A stretch of 64,000 bases of DNA from Bdellovibrio sp. GTDB taxonomy: Bacteria; Bdellovibrionota; Bdellovibrionia; Bdellovibrionales; Bdellovibrionaceae. Positions within the stretch are counted from its first letter, which is position 1. Each line of letters begins with the position of its first letter. The stretch spans positions 288,001-352,000 of the forward strand of contig JAKFBS010000002.1 in assembly GCA_036677065.1 (NCBI GenBank), read 5' to 3'. Both the position numbers and the translations under genes were made by a program. Positions 29,742-40,062 of the stretch are shown here, piece by piece. Under the pieces are notes generated by a model. That model was not told the DNA's origin, ran no database searches, and saw nothing but the letters and a program-made list of their open reading frames with translations.

Positions 29742-30695
29742 ATGCTCAGCTCATTGGTAATTTCATCTAGCTCAAATGCTGTAAAATATAGCTCGCTCTT
29801 TAGATCCCTTGGTGTGGATGTGTCTTTTCTTATTCTCGATCACAGCAAAAGTCTTAACTTTATGCCCTTTGAGCAGCATCGTTTTTTTCATCAGGGAATC
29901 GTTCATTACTTAAACCCTGCAGACAACACGATCTTAGCTCATAAAGAAAACTATCAACAGACTGAAGTTTTTTGTCAGCAACTCAAAGAATATTTTTTAA
30001 GTGATTTGAATTTCAAAAAAAATCAAACCACCAATCTTATGGTTGATAGTTCAACTGAGCCGATTCAGTTTTTTGATAAAGCAGATGTTGTCGATTTAAA
30101 ATATAACAAAAATCTAAAAAACATTCAGCTCGAGATTCAAAATAAAGGGTTAATCAGTTTTGATCATTTGTTTATCGAGCAAACTGACTCGTGCTTAGAG
30201 TTTGTAAAATCAAAGTCAGCAAGTTTAGTAAAGTCCGCGCTAAAATCAGACTTAATCTGGTGTTTGTATAATTATAAATTATCAGCACCGCTGGCTAATG
30301 AAGATTTTTGGTTTTTAGAGAATAAAAACTACCAATCGGTTTTTGATAATTGTTTTTACTTACAACCTAAAAATAATGAGCTTGCGGTGTGGGCTTTAAT
30401 TCCAGAACATCAGTACTTAAATCAGCAGTTTCATAATGATTTTCAGGATCGTTTGCGTCACAAAATTGAAGCTAAGTTTAGCTTTTTAAGTCTTTCGTTT
30501 GTAAACGTGTCTGAGCCTACTTTGCATTTGATGAATAGCCAAAAAGAGACTGTGGCTGAAAACACCAGAGTTTCGGGTTTTCCATGTTTTAGTTTTTATT
30601 CAAATGAAAACGTTTATGACTGGTTTAACCAATTTCTAAAAGTTTTCAATAAAAAACATAAAGTTAAAAATCCCCTTAAAGAGGCCTCATTATGA
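29742..30695 (+). CDS. Hypothetical protein, possibly a degenerate flavoprotein fold
   Basis: Long ORF coupled to purB by an ATGA overlap; start uncertain (29706-29742). Confidence 0.6.
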   Translation: MLSSLVISSSSNAVKYSSLFRSLGVDVSFLILDHSKSLNFMPFEQHRFFHQGIVHYLNPADNTILAHKENYQQTEVFCQQLKEYFLSDLNFKKNQTTNLMVDSSTEPIQFFDKADVVDLKYNKNLKNIQLEIQNKGLISFDHLFIEQTDSCLEFVKSKSASLVKSALKSDLIWCLYNYKLSAPLANEDFWFLENKNYQSVFDNCFYLQPKNNELAVWALIPEHQYLNQQFHNDFQDRLRHKIEAKFSFLSLSFVNVSEPTLHLMNSQKETVAENTRVSGFPCFSFYSNENVYDWFNQFLKVFNKKHKVKNPLKEASL

Positions 30696-31993
30696 TTAGT
30701 CGTTATCAAACAGAAGAAATGAAAAGTGTTTTCTTAGAAGAAAATAGATTTCATTTCATGTTGCAAGTTGAAACTGTTGTGGCCGAAGTGCAAAGCCAAA
30801 AAGGCCTGATTCCGGTAAAAGCCTATCAAGACATTAAGAAAAAAAGTCGTATTAATTTAAGCCGTATACTGGAAATTGAAAAAACAACGAAACACGATGT
30901 TATTGCTTTCGTTAGCCAGGTTGCTGAAACAGTTGGTCCAAGCGGACGGTTTATTCATTTCGGCTTAACTAGCTCAGATGTATTAGATACAGCGCTTAGT
31001 TTGCAAATGTCTGAAGCTTTTAAAGTTTTAGAGGCGGAAGTCAAAATTTTAAAAGGCACTTTAAAAAAATTAATCAAAAAACACGATAAAACAGTATGCC
31101 CAGGCCGCACCCACGGGATATTTGCTGAAATCACAACTTTTGGTTTTAAGCTTGCAGGTTATTATTCAGAAATCGCCCGCGCTGAAGAGCGTATTCAAAA
31201 AGCTCATGCGCAATTTAAAATCTGTAAACTTTCAGGCGCGGTGGGCACATCGGCATCATTTGATATGGATATCGAATCACTTGTGGCGAAAAAATTGGGT
31301 TTAACGGTAGAACCATTTGCTACACAAGTTATTCCGCGTGATCGTCATGCTGAAGTGTTTATGTCGTTAGCTTATATGGCCGCTGCACTAGAGCGTTTAG
31401 CGATTGAATTGCGTCATTTACAGCGCAGTGAAGTTTCGGAAGTTATCGAAGGTTTTACGCCTGGTCAAAAAGGCTCTTCGGCGATGCCTCATAAAAAAAA
31501 TCCAATCAGTGCCGAAAATATCACAGGTCTTGCGCGTCTGATTAAAGGTTATGCGTGGACAGCCTTTGAAAATATTCCGTTATGGCATGAACGTGATATT
31601 TCGCACTCTTCGAATGAGCGTGTTATTTTTGCTGATAGTTTTACAGCTTGTCATTATATCGTTCGTCGCATGAATTCGCTGCTTTCTGGTTTATACGTAA
31701 ACACCGATAAGATGTTACAGAATTCGCATTTACTGGGCGGAGTTTTATACAGTTCGCATTTATTGCTTCATTTGGTTGAGAAACATAATTTTTCTCGCGA
31801 AGAGGCTTATGCCGTTATTCAAAAGTTAGCTCACGGTTTAAAAGACGGTGATCATCTTAAGCAAGCCATTGTCAAAGATAAGTCAGTTAAAAAGTACTTC
31901 ACTGATAAGGATTTAAAAACCTTATTTTCTGGCGATCGCTACACCGAAGCCATTCAGCAAAGATTAAAGAAATATGAAAAAGTTATCACGTAA
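30692..31993 (+). CDS. purB: Adenylosuccinate lyase
   Basis: HDVIAF, HFGLTSSD, GRTHG, GSSAMPHKKNP. Confidence 0.96.
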   Translation: MISRYQTEEMKSVFLEENRFHFMLQVETVVAEVQSQKGLIPVKAYQDIKKKSRINLSRILEIEKTTKHDVIAFVSQVAETVGPSGRFIHFGLTSSDVLDTALSLQMSEAFKVLEAEVKILKGTLKKLIKKHDKTVCPGRTHGIFAEITTFGFKLAGYYSEIARAEERIQKAHAQFKICKLSGAVGTSASFDMDIESLVAKKLGLTVEPFATQVIPRDRHAEVFMSLAYMAAALERLAIELRHLQRSEVSEVIEGFTPGQKGSSAMPHKKNPISAENITGLARLIKGYAWTAFENIPLWHERDISHSSNERVIFADSFTACHYIVRRMNSLLSGLYVNTDKMLQNSHLLGGVLYSSHLLLHLVEKHNFSREEAYAVIQKLAHGLKDGDHLKQAIVKDKSVKKYFTDKDLKTLFSGDRYTEAIQQRLKKYEKVIT

Positions 31994-32936
31994 GCCATCT
32001 AAATCAGACGCTTTTTATTTAAAACCAGGAGATATCGTAGATGTTGTAGCTCCTGCGTCGGCGTGTTCAGAAGAGCATCTTAAATTGGGTCTTAAGTGGA
32101 TCGAAAGACTTGGCTTCAAGCCAAGATGCAGCCCACATATCTTGCAACCTGATTTATATCTTTCAAATTCAGATGAGTTTAGATTTCAGGATTTTAAAAA
32201 AGCACTTTACTCGAAAGATTCAAAAGCGATTTGGTGTTTGCGTGGCGGGTACGGCAGTTTCAGATTGTGGCCAGAAATGCTAAAGTTAACAAAAAAAGCG
32301 CCGCCTAAACTTTTTATTGGTTTAAGTGATGTGACAAGCATGCATCAATTTCTGAACCAAAAATGGCAATGGCCGACATTGCATGCCTCGCTTTTGGATC
32401 GCGTGGGTCAGAATAAATTGCCTGCAGGAAACGAAAAAGAGCTTGTTGATGTGATCACTGGTCAGATTGATGCAGTTGAATATATGAACTTAACACCGAT
32501 GAATGACTTGGCTGCAAAAAAGAAAGTCATCAAAGGCACGGTGCGCGGCGGAAATTTATGCACGTTCATGGTCTCGGTTGGAACGAAGCTACAACCTAAA
32601 TATCAGAAAAAAGACAAAGTGATTTTATTTTTTGAAGATATTGGCGAACGCGGCTACAAAGTAGACCGCTTTTTGCAGCACTTAAGCCAAGCGGGTGTAT
32701 TTACTAACGTAGCTGCTATTGTTTTTGGAGATTTTGTCGATGGTTTAGAGGCCAGTGGACAAAGTTTAGTTCATGAAACACTGGCTCGTTTTGCTAAGCA
32801 ATGTAAGATTCCAGTTTTCTCAGGAGTTGAGACGGGGCACGGAGTTATTCAGCGTCCGTTATTTTTTAACACCAATGCAGTGCTAACTTGTGACAAAAAC
32901 CCTAACATGATAGTCTATAAAGCGTATGCGCCATAA
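31974..32936 (+). CDS. ldcA: LD-carboxypeptidase (peptidase S66)
   Basis: RGGYGS, GLSDVT, GGNL, FEDIGE, GHG triad motifs. Confidence 0.88.
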   Translation: MKKLSRKPSKSDAFYLKPGDIVDVVAPASACSEEHLKLGLKWIERLGFKPRCSPHILQPDLYLSNSDEFRFQDFKKALYSKDSKAIWCLRGGYGSFRLWPEMLKLTKKAPPKLFIGLSDVTSMHQFLNQKWQWPTLHASLLDRVGQNKLPAGNEKELVDVITGQIDAVEYMNLTPMNDLAAKKKVIKGTVRGGNLCTFMVSVGTKLQPKYQKKDKVILFFEDIGERGYKVDRFLQHLSQAGVFTNVAAIVFGDFVDGLEASGQSLVHETLARFAKQCKIPVFSGVETGHGVIQRPLFFNTNAVLTCDKNPNMIVYKAYAP

Positions 32937-33984
32937 TAGTATTGAACGAGCCTTAATTGAAAAACTACAAGTTGCCATTCAGGATGTAACTCCTGGTGTG
33001 GTCGTACGAGCCTATCACCACGGAAGAATGATCTGCGATATCCAGGTTGGACAAACTTTTCCAATTTATGATTTAGCCTCATTAACAAAGGTGATTTTCA
33101 CGCAACAAAGTATAATGCGCGCTTATGATCAAGGGCATTGGAATTTAGAAACAAAAGTTAAAGATTTAATTCCTGATTTTCAATTTCCGGATATTAAAAT
33201 TACCGAGCTGTTAACTCACACTTCAGGTCTTGACTGGTGGAAGCCGTTTTATAAAGACATTAAATTAGAAGACACTTGGCAAAACAAACGCCTTTGGCTT
33301 TTTAAAGAAATAAATCAATCTGAACTTAAACAAACCGGCAAATCTGTCTATTCAGATTTGGGCTTTATGACTTTAGGATTTGTTTTAGAAGCGATTTATA
33401 AAAAAGATTTATTGCAAGTCTGGCAAGATGCTAAAGATGATTTTTATCCAACGACATCCTTAGATTTTCATGTGAACAACGTGCCATTAAACGATGTCAG
33501 CCAGTATGCGCCAACAGAAGAATGTCCGTTTCGTAAAAAAGTGATGCGCGGTGAAGTGCATGATGAAAACACATGGGCTTTAGGCGGAGTTTCATCGCAT
33601 GCCGGCCTTTTTGGTTCAATTGATGATGTGGCAGCTTTTGGTTTAAATTTACGTTCTCAGCTTCATGGTATCGCTAGATATAAGATCAAACAGAAAACAG
33701 CACAGCTTTTTGCAGCACGTGCGATTGATCAAGACGTGGGTGATTGGGCTTTAGGTTATATGATGCCATCGATTGAAAATGCGAGCTGTGGCCCTCATTT
33801 TTCAATTCACTCGATTGGGCACACAGGTTTTACCGGAACCTCATTCTGGTACGATCCACGTCAGGATTTATTAGTGTTAGCATTAAGTAACCGAGTTAAT
33901 TACGGGCGTGAAAATAGAAGATACGTGAGTCTTCGTCCACAAATTCATTCTTGGATTTATGAGGCCATTAAAAGAACCATTTAA
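32926..33984 (+). CDS. Serine hydrolase, beta-lactamase/AmpC-like family
   Basis: DLASLTK (SxxK), LLTHTSGL, YSD, GEVHDEN, HTGFTGT; no signal peptide. Confidence 0.88.
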   Translation: MRHNSIERALIEKLQVAIQDVTPGVVVRAYHHGRMICDIQVGQTFPIYDLASLTKVIFTQQSIMRAYDQGHWNLETKVKDLIPDFQFPDIKITELLTHTSGLDWWKPFYKDIKLEDTWQNKRLWLFKEINQSELKQTGKSVYSDLGFMTLGFVLEAIYKKDLLQVWQDAKDDFYPTTSLDFHVNNVPLNDVSQYAPTEECPFRKKVMRGEVHDENTWALGGVSSHAGLFGSIDDVAAFGLNLRSQLHGIARYKIKQKTAQLFAARAIDQDVGDWALGYMMPSIENASCGPHFSIHSIGHTGFTGTSFWYDPRQDLLVLALSNRVNYGRENRRYVSLRPQIHSWIYEAIKRTI

Positions 33985-34012
33985 TATAAAAACATCTAAA
34001 AGGATTTAGATT

Positions 34013-35440
34013 ATGTCTCAACACAGTTTAAAAAGTATCAAACCCGGGTCTCATGTTCATTTGATGGGAATCTGCGGAACCGCAATGGCTTCTCTTGCAG
34101 GGTTATTAAAAGATAAAGGCTATAAGGTAACGGGCAGTGATTCCAATCCTTACCCGCCTATGTCGACCCAGCTTGAAAGCTTGGGTATTCAGATTCAAAA
34201 ACCCTACAGTAAAAACAATCTTAATCCTAAACCAGACTTTGTAATCGTAGGTAATGTAATTTCAGCAAGCAATGAAGAAGCCCAAGAAATGGTTAGACTA
34301 TCGATTCCTTACTGTTCTTTGCCACAGGCGATGGGTGAATTTATTATCGATGATCGCATTTCATATGTGATCTCGGGAACTCACGGAAAAACCACAACAA
34401 CATCTTTAATGTCTTGGGTTTTAGATCAAGCAGGACTAGAGCCAGGATTTCTAATTGGTGGAATTGCTAAAAACTTCTCACAAAGTTTTCGTAACCCAAA
34501 ACAGAATGTTTTTGTTATTGAAGGTGACGAATACGATACCGCTTATTTTGATAAAGTTCCTAAGTTTATTCACTACCGACCGAAGAATGTGATTTTAACT
34601 TCGGTTGAGTTTGACCACGCTGATATTTACGTAGACTTTGCTGCGGTTAAAGCTGCGTTTATTCGCCTAATGAAATTGATTCCAGAAAACGGAAATTTCG
34701 TATTCTGGGGTGATGATTCAAATGTTTGTGAAGTGGCTGAACACTGTAAAATCAAAAATAAATTTTCTTATGGCTTTGATAGTAAAAATGATTTCACTTG
34801 TAAAATCGTCGAAGAAACTGAAGGTTATACGAAATTTTCTGTCACTCATAAAGGCGAAAAATTAGCTGATTTCGTAACGACAATGACTGGTCGCTATAAT
34901 ATCCTAAATGCGACTGCAGTTGTAGCTCAGGCTTTTGCAAATCAACTTCCATTAGATGGCGTGATGAAGGGTTTATCAACTTTTGCCGGCGTAAAACGTC
35001 GCCAAGATATCTTAGGTGAGCCTGGTGGAATTTTAGTGATCGAAGATTTCGCGCATCATCCTACCGCTGTTAAAGAAACAGTTTTAGCGATTCAAAATAA
35101 ATATAAAACACGTAAAGTGTTTTCAGTATTTGAGCCACGTTCTGCGACGTCTCGCCGTAGAGTGTTTCAACAAGATTACGTCGACGCTTTTAGCGAAGGT
35201 CATGAAGTTATTATCGCTGAAGCCTTTGATCAGGGTAAAATTTCTGAAGAAGACCGTTTTTCTTCAAGTGAGCTAGTTGCAGATTTAAAGAAAAAAAATA
35301 AAACAGCGCACGTCATGGCAAGTGCTGATGAAATCGTTAAATACTTAAAACAAACTGCAAAACCAAAAGATGTAATTTTAATTATGTCGAATGGTGGCTT
35401 TGATGGTATTTATCAAAAACTTTTTACGGCGTTAGGGTAA
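34013..35440 (+). CDS. mpl: UDP-MurNAc:tripeptide ligase Mpl
   Basis: GICGTAM, GTHGKTTT, EGDEYDTAYFDK, DFAHHPTA, MSNGGF. Confidence 0.93.
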   Translation: MSQHSLKSIKPGSHVHLMGICGTAMASLAGLLKDKGYKVTGSDSNPYPPMSTQLESLGIQIQKPYSKNNLNPKPDFVIVGNVISASNEEAQEMVRLSIPYCSLPQAMGEFIIDDRISYVISGTHGKTTTTSLMSWVLDQAGLEPGFLIGGIAKNFSQSFRNPKQNVFVIEGDEYDTAYFDKVPKFIHYRPKNVILTSVEFDHADIYVDFAAVKAAFIRLMKLIPENGNFVFWGDDSNVCEVAEHCKIKNKFSYGFDSKNDFTCKIVEETEGYTKFSVTHKGEKLADFVTTMTGRYNILNATAVVAQAFANQLPLDGVMKGLSTFAGVKRRQDILGEPGGILVIEDFAHHPTAVKETVLAIQNKYKTRKVFSVFEPRSATSRRRVFQQDYVDAFSEGHEVIIAEAFDQGKISEEDRFSSSELVADLKKKNKTAHVMASADEIVKYLKQTAKPKDVILIMSNGGFDGIYQKLFTALG

Positions 35441-35446
35441 CCTGTT

Positions 35447-35908
35447 ATGGCGATCATCTACGCGCCATTAAACATCAATGATGAAACAGAACTTCGTTCT
35501 GCGGGTTATATTCATGAATCAACACCACAGAATTGGGACCCAAGTTACAAAGTTACTGATGAACGAGTGCTTTTTTGGGTCGACTATTTAAAAGACTTAC
35601 TCACAAAAGAAAAAAGTTATGCGGTAGTTGCTAAAGATGGATTGGCGATTGTCGGTTTACATTGGTTAAAGCTGCATGATAAGTTCGGAAAACCGAGTGC
35701 CTACATTGAATCCCTTTGGGTGCAGGAAGATTATCGCAAACAGGGCGTTGGCCAAGAGCTAAAACGCTTAGGCGAAGCTTGGGCAAAAGCTGCTGGGGCC
35801 AAAGTTATCACCACAAGTGTTCATTATGCGAACAAAAGTATGATCGATTTTAATCTGAAGTTAGGCTTTGAAGCCTTGCAGGTTGAGATGATTAAATCGC
35901 TTAAATAA
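35447..35908 (+). CDS. GNAT-family acetyltransferase
   Basis: LWVQEDYRKQGVG acetyl-CoA motif. Confidence 0.85.
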   Translation: MAIIYAPLNINDETELRSAGYIHESTPQNWDPSYKVTDERVLFWVDYLKDLLTKEKSYAVVAKDGLAIVGLHWLKLHDKFGKPSAYIESLWVQEDYRKQGVGQELKRLGEAWAKAAGAKVITTSVHYANKSMIDFNLKLGFEALQVEMIKSLK

Positions 35909-35971
35909 TGCGCAGCAAAATCAGCGCTTTAAAATTGATACTCTCAGACCTATTTTCTACACCTATACGTA

Positions 35972-38479
35972 ATGAAAAAAGACGGCGAACTGACTCCATT
36001 GATGAAGCAATTTTGGGATATTAAATCACTCCACCAGGATAAGATTTTACTTTTCAGAATGGGCGATTTTTTTGAAATGTTTTATGACGATGCAGTTAAA
36101 GCTGCTCCAATTCTTGGAATCACGTTAACTCAAAGAAATAAAAAATCTGAAGATCAAACGCCGATGTGTGGCGTGCCTCATCACTCGATTTCAGGACCGA
36201 TCAATAAACTTTTAGCTTCGGGTCTTAAAATTGCGATTTGTGATCAAGTTGAAGATCCAAAATTAGCTAAGGGATTAGTAAAGCGCGCGGTCACAAGAAT
36301 TCTTACGCCTGGAATGGTTTATGATTCTGATACGTTAGAATCGACACAAAGTCATTTCATTACAGGTCTTGATAAGTCTTCTGTAAGTTTTATCGATACG
36401 ACAACGGGCGAATCGTTTTATTTCTTGGTTGATAACTTAACAGCACAATTAAAACTGATTTCAATTCTACCTGTAGCTGAGCTTGTACTAGATGAAACGA
36501 CTTGGACTCCAGAACAGTTAGAAATTATTAAAAAAGCGTTACCGTTAGTAACTAATCACAAAGTTGAAAAAACAAAATTAGCAGATGTTCCGGCTTCAGC
36601 TGATTTATTACAGCAATATGTTTTTAGTCTTGCTGATGGTAATATTCAAAAAGTTTTACAGCCTTTTGTGCAACGTGAAACTGAACACAGATTAAATCTT
36701 TCAACACAAACTCTTCGCCACTTAGAAATCTTTGCAACTTACAAAGGTGACGAGCAGGGGTCTTTATTTCAGGCGATCAACAGAACTAAGACTTCTTCTG
36801 GTGCACGTTTGCTGCGTCAGTGGATTTTATTTCCATTACGTAATAAACAAAGTATCGAAAAGCGTTTTGATCTGATTCATTTTTTTCGTGAAGACATGTA
36901 CTTACTTAAAAAACTTCGCGAGATCTTATCTGGTATGGGTGATATTGAGCGTCGCATGTCTAAGATCGCACAACCGCAATGTAATGCGCGCGACTTAACT
37001 AGCCTTGCTACGTCAGTAAGCTATGCGCTAGATGCTTTTGATAAATCGAAAAACATTCTAAAATCACAAATCAACACCGATGTCTTAAACTCATTAGTTC
37101 ATGAGATTAAGACGACAGTTTTAGAAGATGCGCCACTTAGCTTAAAGCAAGGTTTTATCATTCAAAAAGGTGTATCGAGCGAACTTGATGAGTTAATTGA
37201 TCTGTCTACGAATGCGCATGCTTTAGTTGAAAAAATGGAAGCTAAAGAAAAAGAAGCTACCGGAATTAATTCTTTAAAAATTCGTTATAACAACGTATTT
37301 GGTTATTACATCGAAATCACTCATCTGCATAAAGATAAAGTGCCAAGTCGTTACCAACGCAAACAAACTCTGGCGAATGCAGAGCGTTTTTGCACCGATG
37401 AATTAATCGAGCTAGAGAAAAAAGTTTTATCAGCACAAACTAAACGTAATGATTTAGAATTTGCGATTTTTGATGAATTACGTAATCGCGTGTTAAACAC
37501 GGCGAGCGAATTATTAAAATTAGCAAGCTACTGTTCCGAGCTTGATGTATTAAGTGGTCTTGCGTGGTTATCATTAGAAGAAAGCTACTGCCGCCCGGTA
37601 TTTTCAACAGGCGAGCTGAAAATCACTCAATCCCGCCATCCGGTGGTTGAGCAGTTCCAACGCGGAAAATTCGTCGCCAATAATATTCAGCTAGATAAAA
37701 ACGATTGTTATTTAATTACAGGTCCGAATATGGCCGGTAAATCTACGTTGATGCGTCAGGTGGCATTAACTGCCTTGCTTGCGCAATTAGGTTCATATGT
37801 TCCAGCAGCTGAAGCGATTCTTCCATTATACGATTCAATCTTTACTCGTATCGGCGCAAGTGATCAGCTAAGCGAAGGTCTATCAACTTTCATGGTTGAG
37901 ATGACTGAAACAGCGACCATGTTAAAACAAGCGACAGCTAATTCATTATTGATTTTAGATGAAGTTGGGCGTGGTACCGCAACGTTTGATGGTCTTTGTT
38001 TGGCGCAAAGTATTTTAGAACATATTTTAAACGATGTTAAAGCTCAGGTGTTCTTTGCAACTCACTACCATGAGTTAACTTCAATGGATCAAGTTTTTAG
38101 CGAAGTTAAAAACGTCCATATGAAAATCCACGATAATGCTGGCCAGATCGAATTCTTACATATTCTAAATTACGGACCAGCAGGGCAAAGTTACGGAGTG
38201 CAAGTTGCAGAACTGGCAGGCCTTCCAAAATCTATTACAGAGCGCGCGAAGTTATTACTTCACGATTTAGAAAATAAGAAGTCAGTAAAGGTGATTGAGA
38301 AGGTTGTTGAAAAGACTCCGGCTGTAAAGGCTACGAATCAGTTGTCGCTGTTTGATAAGCCTGCCATTGATCCAAAAGCAGAAGCTTTAATGGAAGAGCT
38401 TAAAAAGCTTTCAATCACGAACACTTCGCCATTACAGGCGTTGAATCAAATCGCTAAATGGCAAGAGTTGTTAAATTAG
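35972..38479 (+). CDS. mutS: DNA mismatch repair protein MutS
   Basis: GDFFEMF, GPNMAGKST, STFMVEM, DEVGRGT, ATHYHEL. Confidence 0.97.
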   Translation: MKKDGELTPLMKQFWDIKSLHQDKILLFRMGDFFEMFYDDAVKAAPILGITLTQRNKKSEDQTPMCGVPHHSISGPINKLLASGLKIAICDQVEDPKLAKGLVKRAVTRILTPGMVYDSDTLESTQSHFITGLDKSSVSFIDTTTGESFYFLVDNLTAQLKLISILPVAELVLDETTWTPEQLEIIKKALPLVTNHKVEKTKLADVPASADLLQQYVFSLADGNIQKVLQPFVQRETEHRLNLSTQTLRHLEIFATYKGDEQGSLFQAINRTKTSSGARLLRQWILFPLRNKQSIEKRFDLIHFFREDMYLLKKLREILSGMGDIERRMSKIAQPQCNARDLTSLATSVSYALDAFDKSKNILKSQINTDVLNSLVHEIKTTVLEDAPLSLKQGFIIQKGVSSELDELIDLSTNAHALVEKMEAKEKEATGINSLKIRYNNVFGYYIEITHLHKDKVPSRYQRKQTLANAERFCTDELIELEKKVLSAQTKRNDLEFAIFDELRNRVLNTASELLKLASYCSELDVLSGLAWLSLEESYCRPVFSTGELKITQSRHPVVEQFQRGKFVANNIQLDKNDCYLITGPNMAGKSTLMRQVALTALLAQLGSYVPAAEAILPLYDSIFTRIGASDQLSEGLSTFMVEMTETATMLKQATANSLLILDEVGRGTATFDGLCLAQSILEHILNDVKAQVFFATHYHELTSMDQVFSEVKNVHMKIHDNAGQIEFLHILNYGPAGQSYGVQVAELAGLPKSITERAKLLLHDLENKKSVKVIEKVVEKTPAVKATNQLSLFDKPAIDPKAEALMEELKKLSITNTSPLQALNQIAKWQELLN

Positions 38480-38542
38480 GTAGGCTGGCTGCCCGCGGCC
38501 GTGCCTTTTTGGGGAGCGGCGTGCCGAGGGTCAACTTCCGGC

Positions 38543-38577
38543 AAAAAAAAAGAGCAGCTTTTAATAGCTGCTCTTTT
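38543..38577. terminator. Bidirectional intrinsic terminator
   Basis: AAAAGAGCAGCT-N6-AGCTGCTCTTTT with A/T runs, between convergent genes. Confidence 0.85.
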
Positions 38578-38597
38578 AGTTTAAATTTAAAATTAAA

Positions 38598-38807
38598 TTA
38601 CTTAGTTGGCTTTTGGTTTTGACCGTTTGGTCCGCCGGCTTTTGTTCCAACGTGCGTGCGCCAGTTGTACTCGTCACCTTTGATGTAACGGTTAGCCCAG
38701 TCATCCCATTTACGTTTTGGAAGTTTGTGGACTACGTTGCCTTTGTCGTCGAAAATTTCAGGATCTTTTCCGAATAATACATCACCGATTGTTTTTAAAA
38801 TTCCCAT
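38598..38807 (-). CDS. Small hypothetical protein (69 aa)
   Basis: GGAG RBS; followed by a terminator. Confidence 0.75.
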   Translation of the reverse strand: MGILKTIGDVLFGKDPEIFDDKGNVVHKLPKRKWDDWANRYIKGDEYNWRTHVGTKAGGPNGQNQKPTK

Positions 38808-38836
38808 AGAATTCTCCAGCTATGGAATCATCCTAA

Positions 38837-39091
38837 CTACATTTTTGGATTAGCGCAAATATCAATATAATCTAGACCCTTTTCTTCGCCTGGGTATTCA
38901 CCATTAGTTAGCTTTTGAAAGCAGGCTTTTGACGCAACTTTAAAGGCTTCTTGTTTAGATTCTGCCTGCAATGTAAGCGTGAATGAGTCTTTAGCTTTAG
39001 GTTTATATGTGAAAGTCCAATCTTTTGAAGCTGCCATCGTGAAAGAACCTAGCATTGTAACTAATGCGAAAGTTAATATAGATGTTTTCAT
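38837..39091 (-). CDS. Small secreted protein (84 aa, two Cys)
   Basis: AAGGAG RBS; signal peptide. Confidence 0.8.
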   Translation of the reverse strand: MKTSILTFALVTMLGSFTMAASKDWTFTYKPKAKDSFTLTLQAESKQEAFKVASKACFQKLTNGEYPGEEKGLDYIDICANPKM

Positions 39092-39264
39092 AGAGGACTC
39101 CTTTTTGTTTAAAGCCTTGATACTCTAGATACATTACATAATTGGTGCCAATCGAGTGGGTCAGGTTGATCCAGTTTAGGCAAATAGGGTGGATTTGACC
39201 GAAGCAGGGGTGTTAAGTTAATAACACCTGTAGGAGTGAGGCTAACACCCGTCTCAAAATAAGA

Positions 39265-40062
39265 ATGGCATTTAAGGCAGTTTTACCGAAGGTCTATCAA
39301 AATTTTTTAGACCGAAAAATTCTAAATTTAGATATCAGTGAAACAAAAGCCACTTGCGATAATTGTCTGCGTGCGCGCGATAAGCGCTTTCCGTATGCTT
39401 ACGAAGCTAATCTTAAATGCTGCACCTTTGTTCCCTTTATTCCAAATTTTTCAGTCGGTGGAATTCTAGCGCAGAAATTAGAAGGTTATAAAATCATTGA
39501 AGAAATGATCTCTGATCGCAGATTCGCTCTGCCGTTAGGAATTTTTCCAGACTTTGAATATCAGTATAAATTTTCACATAAAAAACAAAAAGACTTCGGT
39601 AATCGCGAAGATTTATTATGTCATTATTACGACCGTGATAAAAATCAATGCAGCATCTGGGAATTTCGCGGCGTCGTTTGTACGACATTTTTTTGCCGCA
39701 GTGATTATGGAAAAACTGGTCAGGATCTTTGGACTGAAGTGAATAATTATTTAAGTTATGTCGAAATGTCTTTGGCCGAAGACTGTTTAGTAATGAAAGA
39801 CTTTTCTCCTCGAGATATCTCGGATCAGCTGGTATTTTTAAATAAAAAAGACTTCACCAAGAGTGAAAAAACAATGAAAAGCTTAAGCGCTTCAGAACTA
39901 AAACCTTACTGGAATGGGTATAAAGACCCCGCTGAATTTTACTTATCTTGCTATGAGCTTGTTCAAAAACAGAACCGTACAACTTTTAAAGAGATAATCG
40001 GCGAACAAGGGTTGAAATTAGAAAAAAGAGTGTTACAAGGATACGCATGTCTATCGAAGTAA
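39265..40062 (+). CDS. YkgJ/CxxCxxCC-like cysteine-cluster protein
   Basis: CDNC...KCC...LCHYY...CSIWEFRGVVCTTFFC. Confidence 0.7.
   Translation: MAFKAVLPKVYQNFLDRKILNLDISETKATCDNCLRARDKRFPYAYEANLKCCTFVPFIPNFSVGGILAQKLEGYKIIEEMISDRRFALPLGIFPDFEYQYKFSHKKQKDFGNREDLLCHYYDRDKNQCSIWEFRGVVCTTFFCRSDYGKTGQDLWTEVNNYLSYVEMSLAEDCLVMKDFSPRDISDQLVFLNKKDFTKSEKTMKSLSASELKPYWNGYKDPAEFYLSCYELVQKQNRTTFKEIIGEQGLKLEKRVLQGYACLSK

Noticed and set aside
32926..33984. Antibiotic-resistance beta-lactamase
   Set aside because: No signal peptide, YSD instead of YxN, and context between ldcA and mpl points to recycling
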